DNA from: Azolla caroliniana
Lineage: Eukaryota > Plantae > Polypodiophyta
NCBI GenBank assembly: GCA_043228905.1
Contig: JBHGNT010000021.1
Location: 12,648,001-12,712,000, forward strand
Direction: 5' to 3'
DNA: 64,000 nucleotides
Shown here: positions 24,963 to 37,599 of the stretch, piece by piece
Numbering within the stretch: the first letter of the stretch is position 1
Layout: each line of letters starts with the position of its first letter
Translations under genes and position numbers: made by a program
Notes under the pieces: model-generated
What the model saw: only the letters and a program-made list of their open reading frames with translations
What the model was told of the DNA's origin: nothing
Database searches by the model: none

Positions 24963-25470
24963 CGAGAGAAGATAGAGTCTTCATTGAAGACTACGACACT
25001 ACTCTGAATTAGTTTCCGGTTCTCAGGGTCCCATAGTCGGTAGCCAAAGTCCCCATCGGTTCCGTAACCAAGAAATATGCATTTTATTGCATGGGGTGTC
25101 AACTTGGTCCTTTTCTCCCTGGGGATGAACAGGTAGGCTTCGCATCCAAATACACGGAGCCTAGTAGGTCGGTTGTTTGCCTGACAGTAGTGCTTGTGGC
25201 ACTTCAAGCTTGGTTACCTTCGACTGTGATAGATTTACCAAGTATACTGCCGTCTGCAATGCTTTAGCCTGGAACTCCAGCTTCAATCCAACTTGTTGGA
25301 GTATTTTCGTCACCCTCTCTTAGATCGTTCGGTTGATCCGTTCTACCACTCCATTCTGCATGAGTATGTAAGGAACGGTCTTTTGATGTCGGATCCCTTT
25401 GTTGGACAGGTATTGCTTGAAGGCTCTAGAGGTATATTCACCACCGTTGTCAGATCAGAGTGTGCATTCA
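24963..25470 (-). mobile_element. Copia integrase core, inverted continuation of the element at 21227-23318
   Basis: TL*SDNGGEYTSRAFKQYL...LRVFGCEAY...KCIFLGYG...GYRLWDP...VVFNE. Confidence 0.85.
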
Positions 25471-26099
25471 TTACCCCCCCTAACCATTGGCTCTTAGAGA
25501 GACTTAACATTTCCTCGAACTTGCTCATACAAGTTAGATGTTGAAGTACCATCATGGAATCATCACGCAAACATGAGGATATGCAAGGTATATAATGTCA
25601 ACCTAGTGGATGACCAATATCACTTACTTATCACATGCTCGACGTATAAGGGAATTTGCGAGAAATATGATGACTTGTTAGGGGGCATGATAATGTGAGT
25701 TTCATACTCAAATTTCCATCAATGTAGGTGAGCACATATGTGCGTGCATTATTTTCACATTGAGAGTTTTTACTACAAAATAGTAACCCGCTTCTTAAGA
25801 AGAAGCCACATACAAGATGATATGTTGATTTGTTTGCATATTTCAAAAGTGGCCTTATCATGGACAATGAAATATATATTCTATTCTTGTAAAAATGGCT
25901 TCCATTATGAAAGAAAGAAACACCAACATGATTAACTTAAAACAAAGTCTAGAACCCGTCTAGGGATCTAAATACTATGACTACGAACTCATTCCCACCC
26001 TACACACCAATTCAAATGTGTGTGACCTTGCAAAGTTCTTCTCTCTCTCTCTCTAGTATAATCTTCCTTGCCTTTAGTTTTAACTCAATCGAATGTGGA

Positions 26100-26600
26100 A
26101 CCTACCTTGCATCCTTAATGTCTTTGTAGTTAAGCATGCATACTTGTATCTCTAATACACCAATAGTTCCAAATGACAATGTAGCAAACCCAAATCCATC
26201 ATCTTGAACATGAAACTCAACTCAACTTCCACTCAATCTAATGAAGGCCAACTTGAGTGTTGCCAACTAGGAAAATTTGCTCACCTAAGACAAAAGGATC
26301 GCCACATGCTCCCCTTTTGTTTTGACATAGAAGGAAATATTCATTGGACATCTCCAAAGTTCACACTTTGTCGAGAATTACCTTTTCATACAATGCCCTT
26401 GTTGCACACCGTCAACCCATATAGAGATTTCCATAACTTTCAAGCCCTTTCTTTCTTTATTGGGTAGCTCAAAACTCAATTGCTACTCCATGAATATCTC
26501 ATTTAGATATCCATTCAAAGGAGTGTTCACATCCAACAAATATACTAACCACATTCACATTGTGGAACTAGCCTAGTTCAACTAGGACTACTTGAATTGT
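26100..26600 (-). mobile_element. Ancient copia RT remnant
   Basis: Degenerate GYLNEIFME, KSLYGL and FKMMDLGLLH motifs on the minus strand. Confidence 0.55.
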
Positions 26601-26636
26601 TTCAAGCCTTGTAATCAGAGTGTAATGCTTCCTCTC

Positions 26637-26668
<32 letters not shown>

Positions 26669-27569
26669 CTTTGTTGCCCAAAATAGGATTAATCTCAACT
26701 AGGAATGAAACATAACTTCTGGTTCAAAAAATAATATTTGTAATTTGTGTTTGTGGAGATTATTAGCCAGTAATGTAGTAGGAATGACTCTTTCCTCAAG
26801 TTAATGGCAACTTTTGAGTGGTTAATCAAAGAGTTTCTGTTTTGTAAGAAGCAAAACAGCTTCTAAAGCAAACCCCCTCTGCATCTGCACAGATTGTTTT
26901 TTGTCCACCTCCAACAGTTGCTACATCCTAAGAACAACTGCAAGTTAGCCCCAGAGGCATTAAAACTGGCGTTTAGAACCCCAGTCAGTATTCAGATATT
27001 CAATCTTTAAGGTGGCTGTTTGAACCAACGCCAGTGCAGGTAAGCTATCAAAAAAGAACCGACATAGTGTATGCTCATGTCAAAAAAACAGGTAAATATG
27101 TAATGAAAAAATTGTCCATAAAAACTGATCTCAGAGAAAGATTTTTTTAGAGATTATTATAAATACACCCATTTTTTGCAAGGGCAAAACTTTTCCCCCT
27201 CCATTTCAACCTTTCAATTGCAAGGGTTCTTCAAACAACACAAAAAATACATTTCTCTAGCAAAAAGGCCAATTGAGCCAAGATGCCAAGGTTTCTTGCA
27301 AATTGTAAAAGGGGGGAAAATATTTGTAAAGCTTGATTTCAATGCATATTCTCATAACCTCCCCATTTCAAATGAAAGTGGGGGGGAGGGGGATGTCACA
27401 CCATCTCTGTCACACAATCTCGCCAGTATCGACGACATACCATCTCTGAGAAACCTTGCCATTATGGACACAACTTCTATCAAAATATCGAGACCAAGAC
27501 TGCCAATCAGCCACCCATATGAAGCACCATCAGAGAGCAAGTGGAATAGTATTATGGTAAAAATAGGTT

Positions 27570-30500
27570 TTAATTTAGTGTGCCTTCTCCTTTGGCACAA
27601 GGTACAAACTTAAGCAACAACCTTCCTCTTCTCCTCATCCTCATTGGTCTCTGGGATTTGCCCTGAAAATATGTAAACCACTTCCTTTAACTATTATTAA
27701 GAAGCTTTAACCTTTTCCTTATCATGTTATAAGAGGAGGAAAAAGATAAAACACCTGAGAATCAATGTTTTTTGATGATCCCTTCCAGCAGCAGTTACTA
27801 CCAGCAGCACCATGGATTGGTGAATCCATCCTGATATACATACACAAACAATATTTATAGAAATAGTAGTAAAGGCATCGTAAATTTACGAGAATCACAT
27901 AAAACACTCCTTCAACTAGGGTAAGACGAGATGTATAATGTGCTAAAGATTAACTTTAACAATTCTTCTAACACAATATGATGCATGCATGAAGGGCTGG
28001 CCGTAACTTACATGGTGTCTTTATGAACAATAGCAACAATTTCTTCCTGCATTAGTGGCAGAGAAGAGTCTCTTCTCTCAGCTATCGTTTGCTTCATCTG
28101 TTCAGCATCCGAAATGCCTGCATTTATATTTGTTTCTGCAGAGATTCGGCAGTGTGCAACAGGTAGATCATTCAGCACCACATCATCCGGCTCTTTGCTA
28201 ACATCAATATTCGATGTTGTATTCATCTCTTTTTTTCCCCTACATTCTGTAGTTCGTTTCATGTCTTTCAAATCCAGACAGCCTGATGGGGCGCAATTCG
28301 AGGGTCTCGGTGATTTTCCAAATGAATTCTTCCTTATAGTGTCCTTATCTTCATCATCATTCTTGGTAGAGTAATTGTTCTTGGTGTCTGCCTTAGACAC
28401 TAGAAAAGGTACCTTCTTTTGTGCGTCAATATCTGATGACGACGAAGATGGTGCCAAGGTGATCTTCAATTCTACCCGACAAGATAGTGCATCTTGGAAT
28501 GCCTTTGCAATGCTCACTCTTGCCTTTTCTGCTAATGCCTTGTGCTCGGGGTGCTTGAACTCAAGATGAGCTATTGAATTATCTGTTTTTGTTTTTAAAT
28601 GCAAAAACAAAAACCATCTATCAATCATGAATATAAATAGGGTACTAAGTTTCTGCAGTTTGTATATTGGTTTAAATAGATCCTAACCTTCAGAGACAGA
28701 AAGTGACAAAAATCTGCCCTCGGCACGTAGGAGCTGCTTGATGACGTTGGAACGAGTACTTCCAAGGACTTTCCTCCATATGTTATCGACTGAGGCAGCA
28801 GTATTCTGTTCTAATGAATATCGGTTGGTCCCCGAGTTCTGTAACTCAAGGGCTACCCTACCACCACTCTTTGGACTCGGCATTATTCCTTCGCCTTCAC
28901 ATGGACTAGATTGGTTATTGCACGGATATACTCTGTTGCCCATGCTTAATCTACTAGGACTACTACATATCACACTATTGTGACTAACAACATCTAATTG
29001 TAGATTTGTCTTAAGGAATCGCCCAGCCTCCGATTTCCGACCCATACATTGAATGCGTGTAGATCCCACAATATTCTTTCGTGTACTTATCATTTGAGGA
29101 TCCATACTGTCCTTGGGGGCTTGACTCAGAATTACTGCTTTTTCCTGATCATGAGTGACATGTCTGTTTATTGGACTTACTAATTCAGTGGCGGTTGTTG
29201 CTGCACTCATTTGAGAGAACTGCAAAAAGGCTGCGGTTAACCATGTACTTCGGTCATTGCAAGATCGGAGTTGCTTCTCGGCATCTGAGAGGATTCTTAA
29301 TGCTTCTCTACACATGTCTCCATCCATTTTCATCACTACATGTAAACAAGGAGTTCAGCAATGATGAGCATTGTGAACTTAAATCTTTATGGAAGATTAG
29401 ATAGCCAATAAATGATTCCTACAGAGTATCAACTCCTGTAGAACGATGGGACATAACCAACAACAATTAATTACAACCATTATATAATCCTCAATACCAT
29501 TTGCTGTACAAGTTTTAGTTAGATGTATACAGTGAGAGAAATGTTTGAAAAAGATTACCATGATCAAGATGGTGCACATCAGTAGATTTGTTCTTCCCTG
29601 CAAGGATATCAGTTATAAGAGTGGCAAGCTGTGAAACAAGAGCAGATGGATCGACTCCCGATTTCATGAAATCCCTGATGTAATTCACAGTCCGTGTCGT
29701 ATCCGGGGACAGCGCAATATCAAGGAATTCTGAAAGCTTTTCCTCAGGTATAAGCCCAACCTAACAAAATACATAGCATATAATAAGAAGCCAAGCATAT
29801 AGAGAGAGAGCTCAGCTCAAGTTAGCTTGACACACCATTCAAGAAATTCAGAAACTTACGAGCTCCTGTACTAGAGGTAGAGAAACTGTCTTCCCAAGCA
29901 AGCTAACTTGTTCAAGAGTCATAATGGCATCATGCAACGATCCATCTGACCTGCTAGCGATAAGTTGGAGCGCATCAGCCTCTACATCTATTTTCTCGAG
30001 CACCGAGAGGCTCTCAAGCCTCGAGACAATGTCCACGTCTCGTATTTTTGAGAACACAAACTTCTGGCAACATGATAACGCAGTACGTGGCAGAGCATCA
30101 GGATCTGTCGTGATGAGAACAAAGACCACATATGGAGGAGGTTCCTCCAGATTCTTCATAAACACATTCCAAGCTTCAAGACTCAGTAGATGGCAATCAT
30201 CCACAATGAACACTTTATACCTCGAAGATGTGGGCGGCATCGAGATATGCTTAAGAAGCGTTTTCATGCCTAATTCACTCCCATTACCACGATTCAACCC
30301 AGATGCATTCACTTCCCGAACGTCAAAGTTCTTCCCAGAATTCAAAGACAAGCATTCTTTGCACATCCCACATGGTCGATTTGTAACTTCCACATCCAAG
30401 CCATCCAGCTCAGACACCAAGCAATTCAAGGCAGCGGTGAAGACACGGGCAGCTGTCGTCTTTCCAGTTCCCCGCGGCCCTTGGAAAAGATAAACCGGAG

Positions 30501-32307
30501 CAATCTTTCCCAGCACAACAGCATTATATAGAGTCTGGACAACCATGGGTTGCCCGATAAGCTCTCGGAATGTTTTGGGTCTATGTTTCTGGCTCAAGCT
30601 CCGGTATCCGGTTTCCACCAATGAAGAGGATCGTCTCTTATTCTTCACTGTACTTCCATATGATACTAAACCCAACTCACCATTGTGGGTATGTTTACAA
30701 TCACTGCATCTTGTAGAGCTAGACATATGAAGTTCTTTGTTCATCATACCCTTGTCAGCATGCCCACCTTTGTAAAGCTTCTTGTTTCTACCATAATGCC
30801 TTCTTCTATCACAATCAAGGCCGATGTGAGAAGTATTATACTCGGTAACGGTATCTGTCAAGTACGAACTTGAGTTGGGGAAGCACAGATCAGGCTCAGT
30901 CATGAGAGGCATCGTTACCGAAGATTCCGAATTTGAGCCACTGCTAAAACTAGTGCAGCTATTATTAAAGCACTCGGAGTTGACGCGGCCCCATTTCTGC
31001 CGATTTCCTAAAGCATAGTAATAACCTTTCCTCGCACTCATCATCGATAATCTTCGAGAGGCAATCCTACCGCTTACATTCCTTCTTGAAGGAGTATATG
31101 GGAAGCATGATGAGCCTCGATACGAGCGATGGCGATAATTTGAATTAGATCTCACACTAATGTCTTTGTTAATAGGGATGTAGTTACCTGAACTTCTGGT
31201 AGTCCATGGCATAGCACCAACACAACACGCCGACTTAGATCCATAGCTTGAATAGTTATCTTCGTCGTCGTCGTCATCATCATCATCATTATGCTTAAGA
31301 TCATCAGAATTAGCGCATATGATTAGTTCATCTGATTTTATCTTTGCTTGGTCAGCAAGATAGCGCCTAAGACGGGAGCCCCTTATCAACCTAGACCTAT
31401 AGTGCAGGGGGGATCGGACAGATACATTGTCATCATCTGAATATAATACTCCTCCCGAATCTGGCACATTCATATTACCAACCCAACCGAGCTTATAAGC
31501 ATCACCGGGTTTCTGTAGTGGATTATTATTTACCTGACCACTGTCATCATCATCAATGTTGTTCACAGGATTCTTAATGTTATTGGAATTGGATGATCTT
31601 TCCTGCAAATATTCTTCCAAAGCTTGCAAAGAGAAAGCTTTAGTTGTAGAAAATATGCTGTCTCCATTGGGATGAGGATGATCATTCAGCGTCTTCAGCT
31701 TCCAAGGCTTCACCATGGAAGCTGCCGAGTAATTATCTTCCCCAAGGACTCTTCTCCTGCAATCCGCCATCTTATTGCTCGCGTGCCTTCTTGCAGATGC
31801 TCGTGCTATGTCCAACACATGAAAACCTGACGTTCTCCTTGTATTCATATTGCCATTACCGTTCCTTCTCTGTGCAGAAGAAAAAGTTTCTAATTCTTGG
31901 CTATGGCAGGGACGATCGCCACCACCATCATCATCTTCTTCCCCTTCATAGTCATCATGTCTCTCTTCTTCGTCTTCATCTCTCATCATTAAATTATCGT
32001 TTGATATCTGGGAGAGCATTTGCTCACTCGCCGTCCCTAAATTACCATTGTATTGAGAGATATAAGACGTACTGATGTTAATGGAAGGATCCATGTCCGT
32101 CTTCGCATTCATTTCCTTGCCTCCTGCTGTTCTTCTTCTGCTGCTGCTACTTCTATTTCTTCGTACTGTGTCCGTGATGTCACTGGCTGTATTAAGCTCC
32201 TGGCTGTGGCGATGGTGAAGAAGGTATGGATTCTTGCTTAAACTACTAGAGAACAAGTAACCAGAATCATTACTTATAACGGTGTCTTTGATGCTTTGGT
32301 CATCCAT
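27570..32307 (-). CDS. STICHEL-like protein (DNA polymerase III gamma/tau-like AAA+ domain), 1345 aa. Exons 32307-29860, 29760-29559, 29335-28688, 28582-28012, 27830-27755, 27662-27570
   Basis: Long disordered N-terminus, then RSLSQKHRPKTF, Walker A GPRGTGKT, zinc module ALNC...RPCGMCKEC, VFIVDDCH, LEEPP; AEKQLR...STWLTAAFLQ; C-terminal RLLLKFVPC. GT-AG introns with compatible phases (4038 nt). First ATG is at 32307; the ORF-track start is a TTG. Confidence 0.92.
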
Positions 32308-32740
32308 CGCGGAAACCCTAATCGACTCAGACAACTGTGCACTGTAGCTGGAGATGGAGATGGATATGGAGATGGATATGGAGCAGAGATCAGACAGTGG
32401 TAGGGTGTCGCTGCGAACGCAGAACAAGAGGGAGAGAGACGATTACAGTTCCATGCTCATATGCCAGCCGAGCAGAGAAAGCATTCAGGTATTTGGCGGC
32501 GAAGAACATCAGAGAATCGGATGTTATTGTTCTTCTAGGTACGTTTTCGTCTCAGAGATCAAGGACAGTGGACGAAAGTAGTAGGGTTTTGCTCGCAGAG
32601 AGAAGATGTTAGGGTTTCCTCGCTGAGAAGAAGAAGAAGAAGAAGAGGAAGAAGATCAAAAATGCGGTGTATGAGAGAGAGAGAGAAGCGAGCAGAGGGG
32701 AATGGCTTACTTATTGTTAGAGTTTCATTGGCAAAGAAGG

Positions 32741-32893
32741 TTTAGGGTTAGGGTTTAGGGAGGTTTATGTTGTTAGGGTTAGGGTTTAGGGAGGTTTATG
32801 TTGTTAGGGTTAGGGTTTAGGGAGGTTTATGTTATTAGGGTTAGGGTTTAGGGAGGTTTATGTTGTTAGGGTTAGGGTTAGGGTTAGGGTTAG
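32741..32893 (+). repeat. Telomere-motif minisatellite: about 4 x 31 bp (TTAGGG TTAGGG TTTAGGG AGGTTTATGTTG) ending in (TTAGGG)4
   Basis: Directly visible, about 430 bp upstream of the STICHEL-like ATG. Confidence 0.95.
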
Positions 32894-35800
32894 AAAGAGG
32901 AGTAGTGAAGGAAAGACCGAAGGAGCGAGAGCTGATTAAATAAATAAATAAATATTTATTTAATTAATTAAGGTTTAAGTTTTAATTAATTTCGTCGTTC
33001 GTTCGCGCGCGCGTAAAAATTCATTTCGCAGAAGAGAAGAACAAAAAAATGCACACGGAAAATATTTATTTATTTGATTTAAATGCTTTTCCCTTTTTTT
33101 ATTATTATTATTATTTATTTATTTGCTTCTGCTTTTGTTTACATACTAACAGAGTATTAAGCATACATAAATTATTTAATTATTTTGTGAGGGCATTTAA
33201 TGCGCACGAGAAACGTCGCTTTCGCCTTAAAAATATCCCTTTTCTCTCTTTTATTTTGTTTTTTATATTTTATTTACTCTCTTTTTTTATATTTTTGTTT
33301 TTTAATTCTATTCCCTATTTTCTTTTTATTCTATACTTGCTTTTTTTCCATCTTTTTTGTCGGCCTCTTTTTGTTATTAATATTGTAAGTGTTTTTTTTT
33401 TTTAGGAGAATATCATTTTAATTTGTTTTTTAACAAAAAATAATAACGATTAATACAAATGAAACTGCGGATCGGAATTAATGCATCCTCAACAAAAATA
33501 GCGACCCCTTATTTTTATTTTTATTTATTTATTTTGTTTTGTTTTTGTTTCGATGTATATTCTTATTTTTGTTATTTGTTTCGATTTATATTCTTCTTAT
33601 TTTTGTTATTTGTTTGGATTTACATACATATATTCTTGTTTCTGTTTTTGTTTCGATTTACAATATTCTTATTTTTGCTTTTTGCTTTTTGCTTTGTGCT
33701 TTTTGTTTTTTGTTGTACAGTTTCTCAGCCGCCTTTTTTTTTATTTGCCTCCTTTTAATTAATTAATAATCATTTGGGCCACAAAAAACAAATTGCATTT
33801 CATTCTCTGTATGAATGAATTTACACACTAACTTACTTACTACTTGTAGACTCTATTTATTTACTTCCACTATAAAGAGAGAGAGAGAGAGATGGTTGGA
33901 TTTTGCATCCATCAATGAATGAATGAATGAATGGCCCCCTCCACCACCCTAAACCCTGGCCTAAACCCTCGCTTGGCTTTGGATTGGTTACATTCAACTC
34001 TCGCACACCGTTAAGACTTAATGTGTCTATTCTCTTCTCGATCCACCAGGACCCTAGACCAATAACATGCCACCACCTTCTCTAGCCTTCCACTCATCTA
34101 CTGCAGCAACCAAGCACTTTCTCTCTAGCCCGCTCGCATTCCATAAGATCTATTCACATCTATGATCTTGGAACACCCACGAGGCATCGAAAAGGACCCT
34201 GTGTCCATGAGTGTGTAGTGCAAGGACTTTTAGAACAAGCAGGTCAGAGGAGGAGGAGGGATGGGGGGCGTTTTCTTGTTCTATTTCCTACATTCCCAAA
34301 ACCCACAAACCTACATGGTGTACAGCATGACATTCGAAGATGAGCTTACACACCTAATGACTCTAGTGTTCGTCTTGCACCAGACAATAATCGGTTTTAC
34401 ATCATCTCGAGAATATCATTCAATGATTAAAATGTATTTGCTTTTTCAGAGGCTTGATCCATTCACGTTAACTCAAGCAAAATATTTGAGCCAATCCTTC
34501 CAGCATATTAATATCTTCGGTGTATAATGGTGTTATGCCCTTGGTTGGGGCCGCTGTTTCCTACGTTCAACTTATCAAAATGTAAGGACCCAATTAGTCA
34601 CTTGGCAAGTATTCAAAATGGCCAACTCAAGCAAGGTTCAATGATTCTGATATTTTCTACCAATGTGAATTTTACTCACAAAGTTCCTTGACTTGAAATC
34701 TTGTTCCTTAAACCTTTCCAACTCATACTTTCCAAGGGTGGTGGGCACTAGGCAAACTTAATAGGTAATAATATGTTGTAAGTTTGAAACTCGATGATCG
34801 TCATTAGGTTTATGATATGATCTTGGGAATTGTGTGTTCTTTGAGTAAAGTGTGAAAATGATTTTGCTTTGAATAACTAACTCGCACACGGTACTCGAGG
34901 CTAATGATTACAGCTCTTTCACTCTTGTTTGAACATTCTTATCATAACAATGAAAAAGTCTATCAAGAAGTCAAATTGAAAGGTTTAAAAAATGATCATT
35001 CCATAGTAAGTTATACAATGCTTGCGAGGGAAATAAGTAAACGTGAGGATGCTTCATTCATTTAGTTACATGGACCGCATCAATATTTGTTCAATCTACC
35101 TTTGCATGTTGTCTTCCATTCTTCGTAGCCATGCTAGTGAAAGTAGTGTTGGATTATTATTCTTATTCATTTCCATACAAAAGGGTCTTCCTTTTCAAGT
35201 TTTGTAGCAAGGTGTCGTGTATAATCTCTAGTGTTCGTTGTTCCGGTTGGAAAATCTCACCTCCATAATCAAAACCAATCATCCAAGTTGTGGTTACCTT
35301 CTAATGTCTTCTTCTAATAGGGTACCTTTGCAACGTGATCGACCGAAGTACTTGCACCCCGAAAACTTTCCTAAACCTATCATTTTTAAAGCAATGTCAA
35401 TTTATTGAAAGCAATCCTATTAAGAGGCTTTGACGGTGCAATAACTTCGAAATCCTTGTTACAAATTATATTAATCGAAGAATAAAAGAGAAAGAACAGC
35501 TTGGCCATGAATTTTGTGCTATATTTATTTAAGAGCACAACTAGATATAACTAGAACACTAGGAATTATAAAAATATATATTTTGTAGTGACAAGGTTTG
35601 TAACGATGCACGATGGTGTTGATTCTCATATATTATAGAGGAAACTGAGGGTTAGGATTGAGGTGAATTGTCTGAAATGTAACTGTCCTCATTGTTTAGA
35701 TTCTCATGTTTATGCACAACTACAAATATGATTTAATAGATTGTCCTAGCATGGGTAACTTATGCTTACAAGAGGAATTATACGAGTTCTTCCCAATTCA

Positions 35801-37166
35801 CTAAGGTTTGATTTCCACACATGAGTAGCTAATTAAAAGAGTTTGTGTACCCTTCAGTGCTCACACAAAGTGCCCTTAACACATTGGCATGCTCATGGGG
35901 CAACTCACAACTTCGTGCGTGTGTGTCTTTCCCACGCTTTATTGGGACTTTCTCGAAACGAATTTCTCTTTCTACTCTCGTGCGTTAATGTGAGTCAACA
36001 ATGCACAAGATTAGAACTCGACTAAGTATTGATTTCAAAACCTATTATTTTCACAACTTCCTAGATGGTTGGGAATTCACATGCTTTTTCCCACGTCTCT
36101 CTCAAAAAATTGCATTCTCATATACTACCGATAAAAAGAGCATTTTGGAATCTTAAGTGTCCACGCATTGTGCTTGAACAAATGAATGTCACGATAGGAT
36201 CTAGGAATATTGTGTGGGATATAGCACATATCATCCCAAACTCTTTTATTTATCTACCTTGATAGTCACAACTTGAAGGCATATATGTATATATACACTG
36301 AGTCTCCCAAGAGAAGCCATATACCCATATTTGCACTAATGATATTTGTACTATGTGTATATATGCATATATGCACTGAGTTCCTGAGAGATGCCATATA
36401 CCCATATTTGCATTATGATATTTAAATTTAGTTTATTTTTATACGACAATAATTCAACCTACAATCTTTATTGCCCATTTTGTCTTTAATTTGGTATGTA
36501 TGTATTATGTGTGAACTCTTTTCTAGGTCTTCTACATGTAGAGAGAATCAATATCAAGATGGAGATGATGAAGATTAAGCGGGTTAGAGTGTTTCATTAT
36601 TTTTTCGTGAGGTAAATTAATTTTAAGAATGAATATGTTTGTTAACAACCACATTGTTAGTTTATTATAACATGGTTCATGATGTGTGTTTATAGCTTTT
36701 TCCGAAGGGGAGCCCATAATAACGCGTTGGTCATCATGTGTGCTTGTGGTTCAACTTTTACTCCCATACTGGTAGGGCAAGTACTTCTCTTCACAATGAG
36801 GTGTATTGAGTTAGGGAAACTCAATGTTTGACCTAATCACAAAGAAAACTATAGGAACGCTATAGGAAAGCACAACAAACATTGGAACGATCACAACACA
36901 CACACGACACTCAATGATGGAAGGCAACAAATGATCAATGTACAATGTTGGAGATGGTGGCTTTATTGTCACAATAGTAGGTACAATACAATTTGGCGGG
37001 GATGAGAGGAGCGACGACAGTAGAGGGGTCATCAAACAACGTTTTGGAAGCATCGGAGGTTGCACAAACAGCAACACGAAACCTTCTTGCCGACAAGGGG
37101 ACGCAAGTATGTGAGGATCGTAAGTCTAATTGTTATGATGATGATCTAGAATAGGGGATAGATGGG

Positions 37167-37385
37167 ATGGACAGTCGGAGTGGTAGCTCAATGCAAGCTA
37201 TGGGAGTCTTCGTTTCCTCCCCAGAAGAAGAATGCATCATGGAGAGTGAAATAATAAGACTTAGACATGAATCATTTGTGGTGAAAGTGGTGGGCAGTCG
37301 ATCGAATCGAGTGTTGTTGCGTGACTGGTTGCAAAGCTGCCAACAAGAAAACCTTGGAAGAATGAAGGAGGTCACATTTATGGGT
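37167..37385 (+). mobile_element. L1-type LINE ORF1 N-terminal (DUF4283-like) fragment
   Basis: LRHESFVVKVVGSRSNRVLLRDWLQ...EVTFMG resembles plant L1 ORF1; truncated. Confidence 0.5.
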
Positions 37386-37599
37386 GTTGGGATCGCGACC
37401 ATCTAGTGCAAAACTATCTCAGCATCCTCTTGTGAAAGATCATTAACCGGTCCAAGTCGAGTGGATTGATGATTATAAGCAACTGAATAATGTAACAACA
37501 TCAACACAAATGCAAGGAGCAAAAGAGAACAAATTAGGCACAAGATGAACTTTATTACTCAAGCTCAAAGACTCAATGTGTGGAATGTTGCTCTATTCC

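Noticed and set aside
29848-32427. Bacterial dnaX by horizontal transfer
   Set aside because: Has spliceosomal introns and the long plant STICHEL-type N- and C-terminal regions; a normal plant gene family.
33049-33766. Phe/Leu/Ile-rich ORFs that look like membrane proteins
   Set aside because: By-product of a T-rich low-complexity non-coding tract; several overlapping frames give the same composition.
36285-36425. ~70-bp local tandem duplication
   Set aside because: Real but ordinary; no associated structure.
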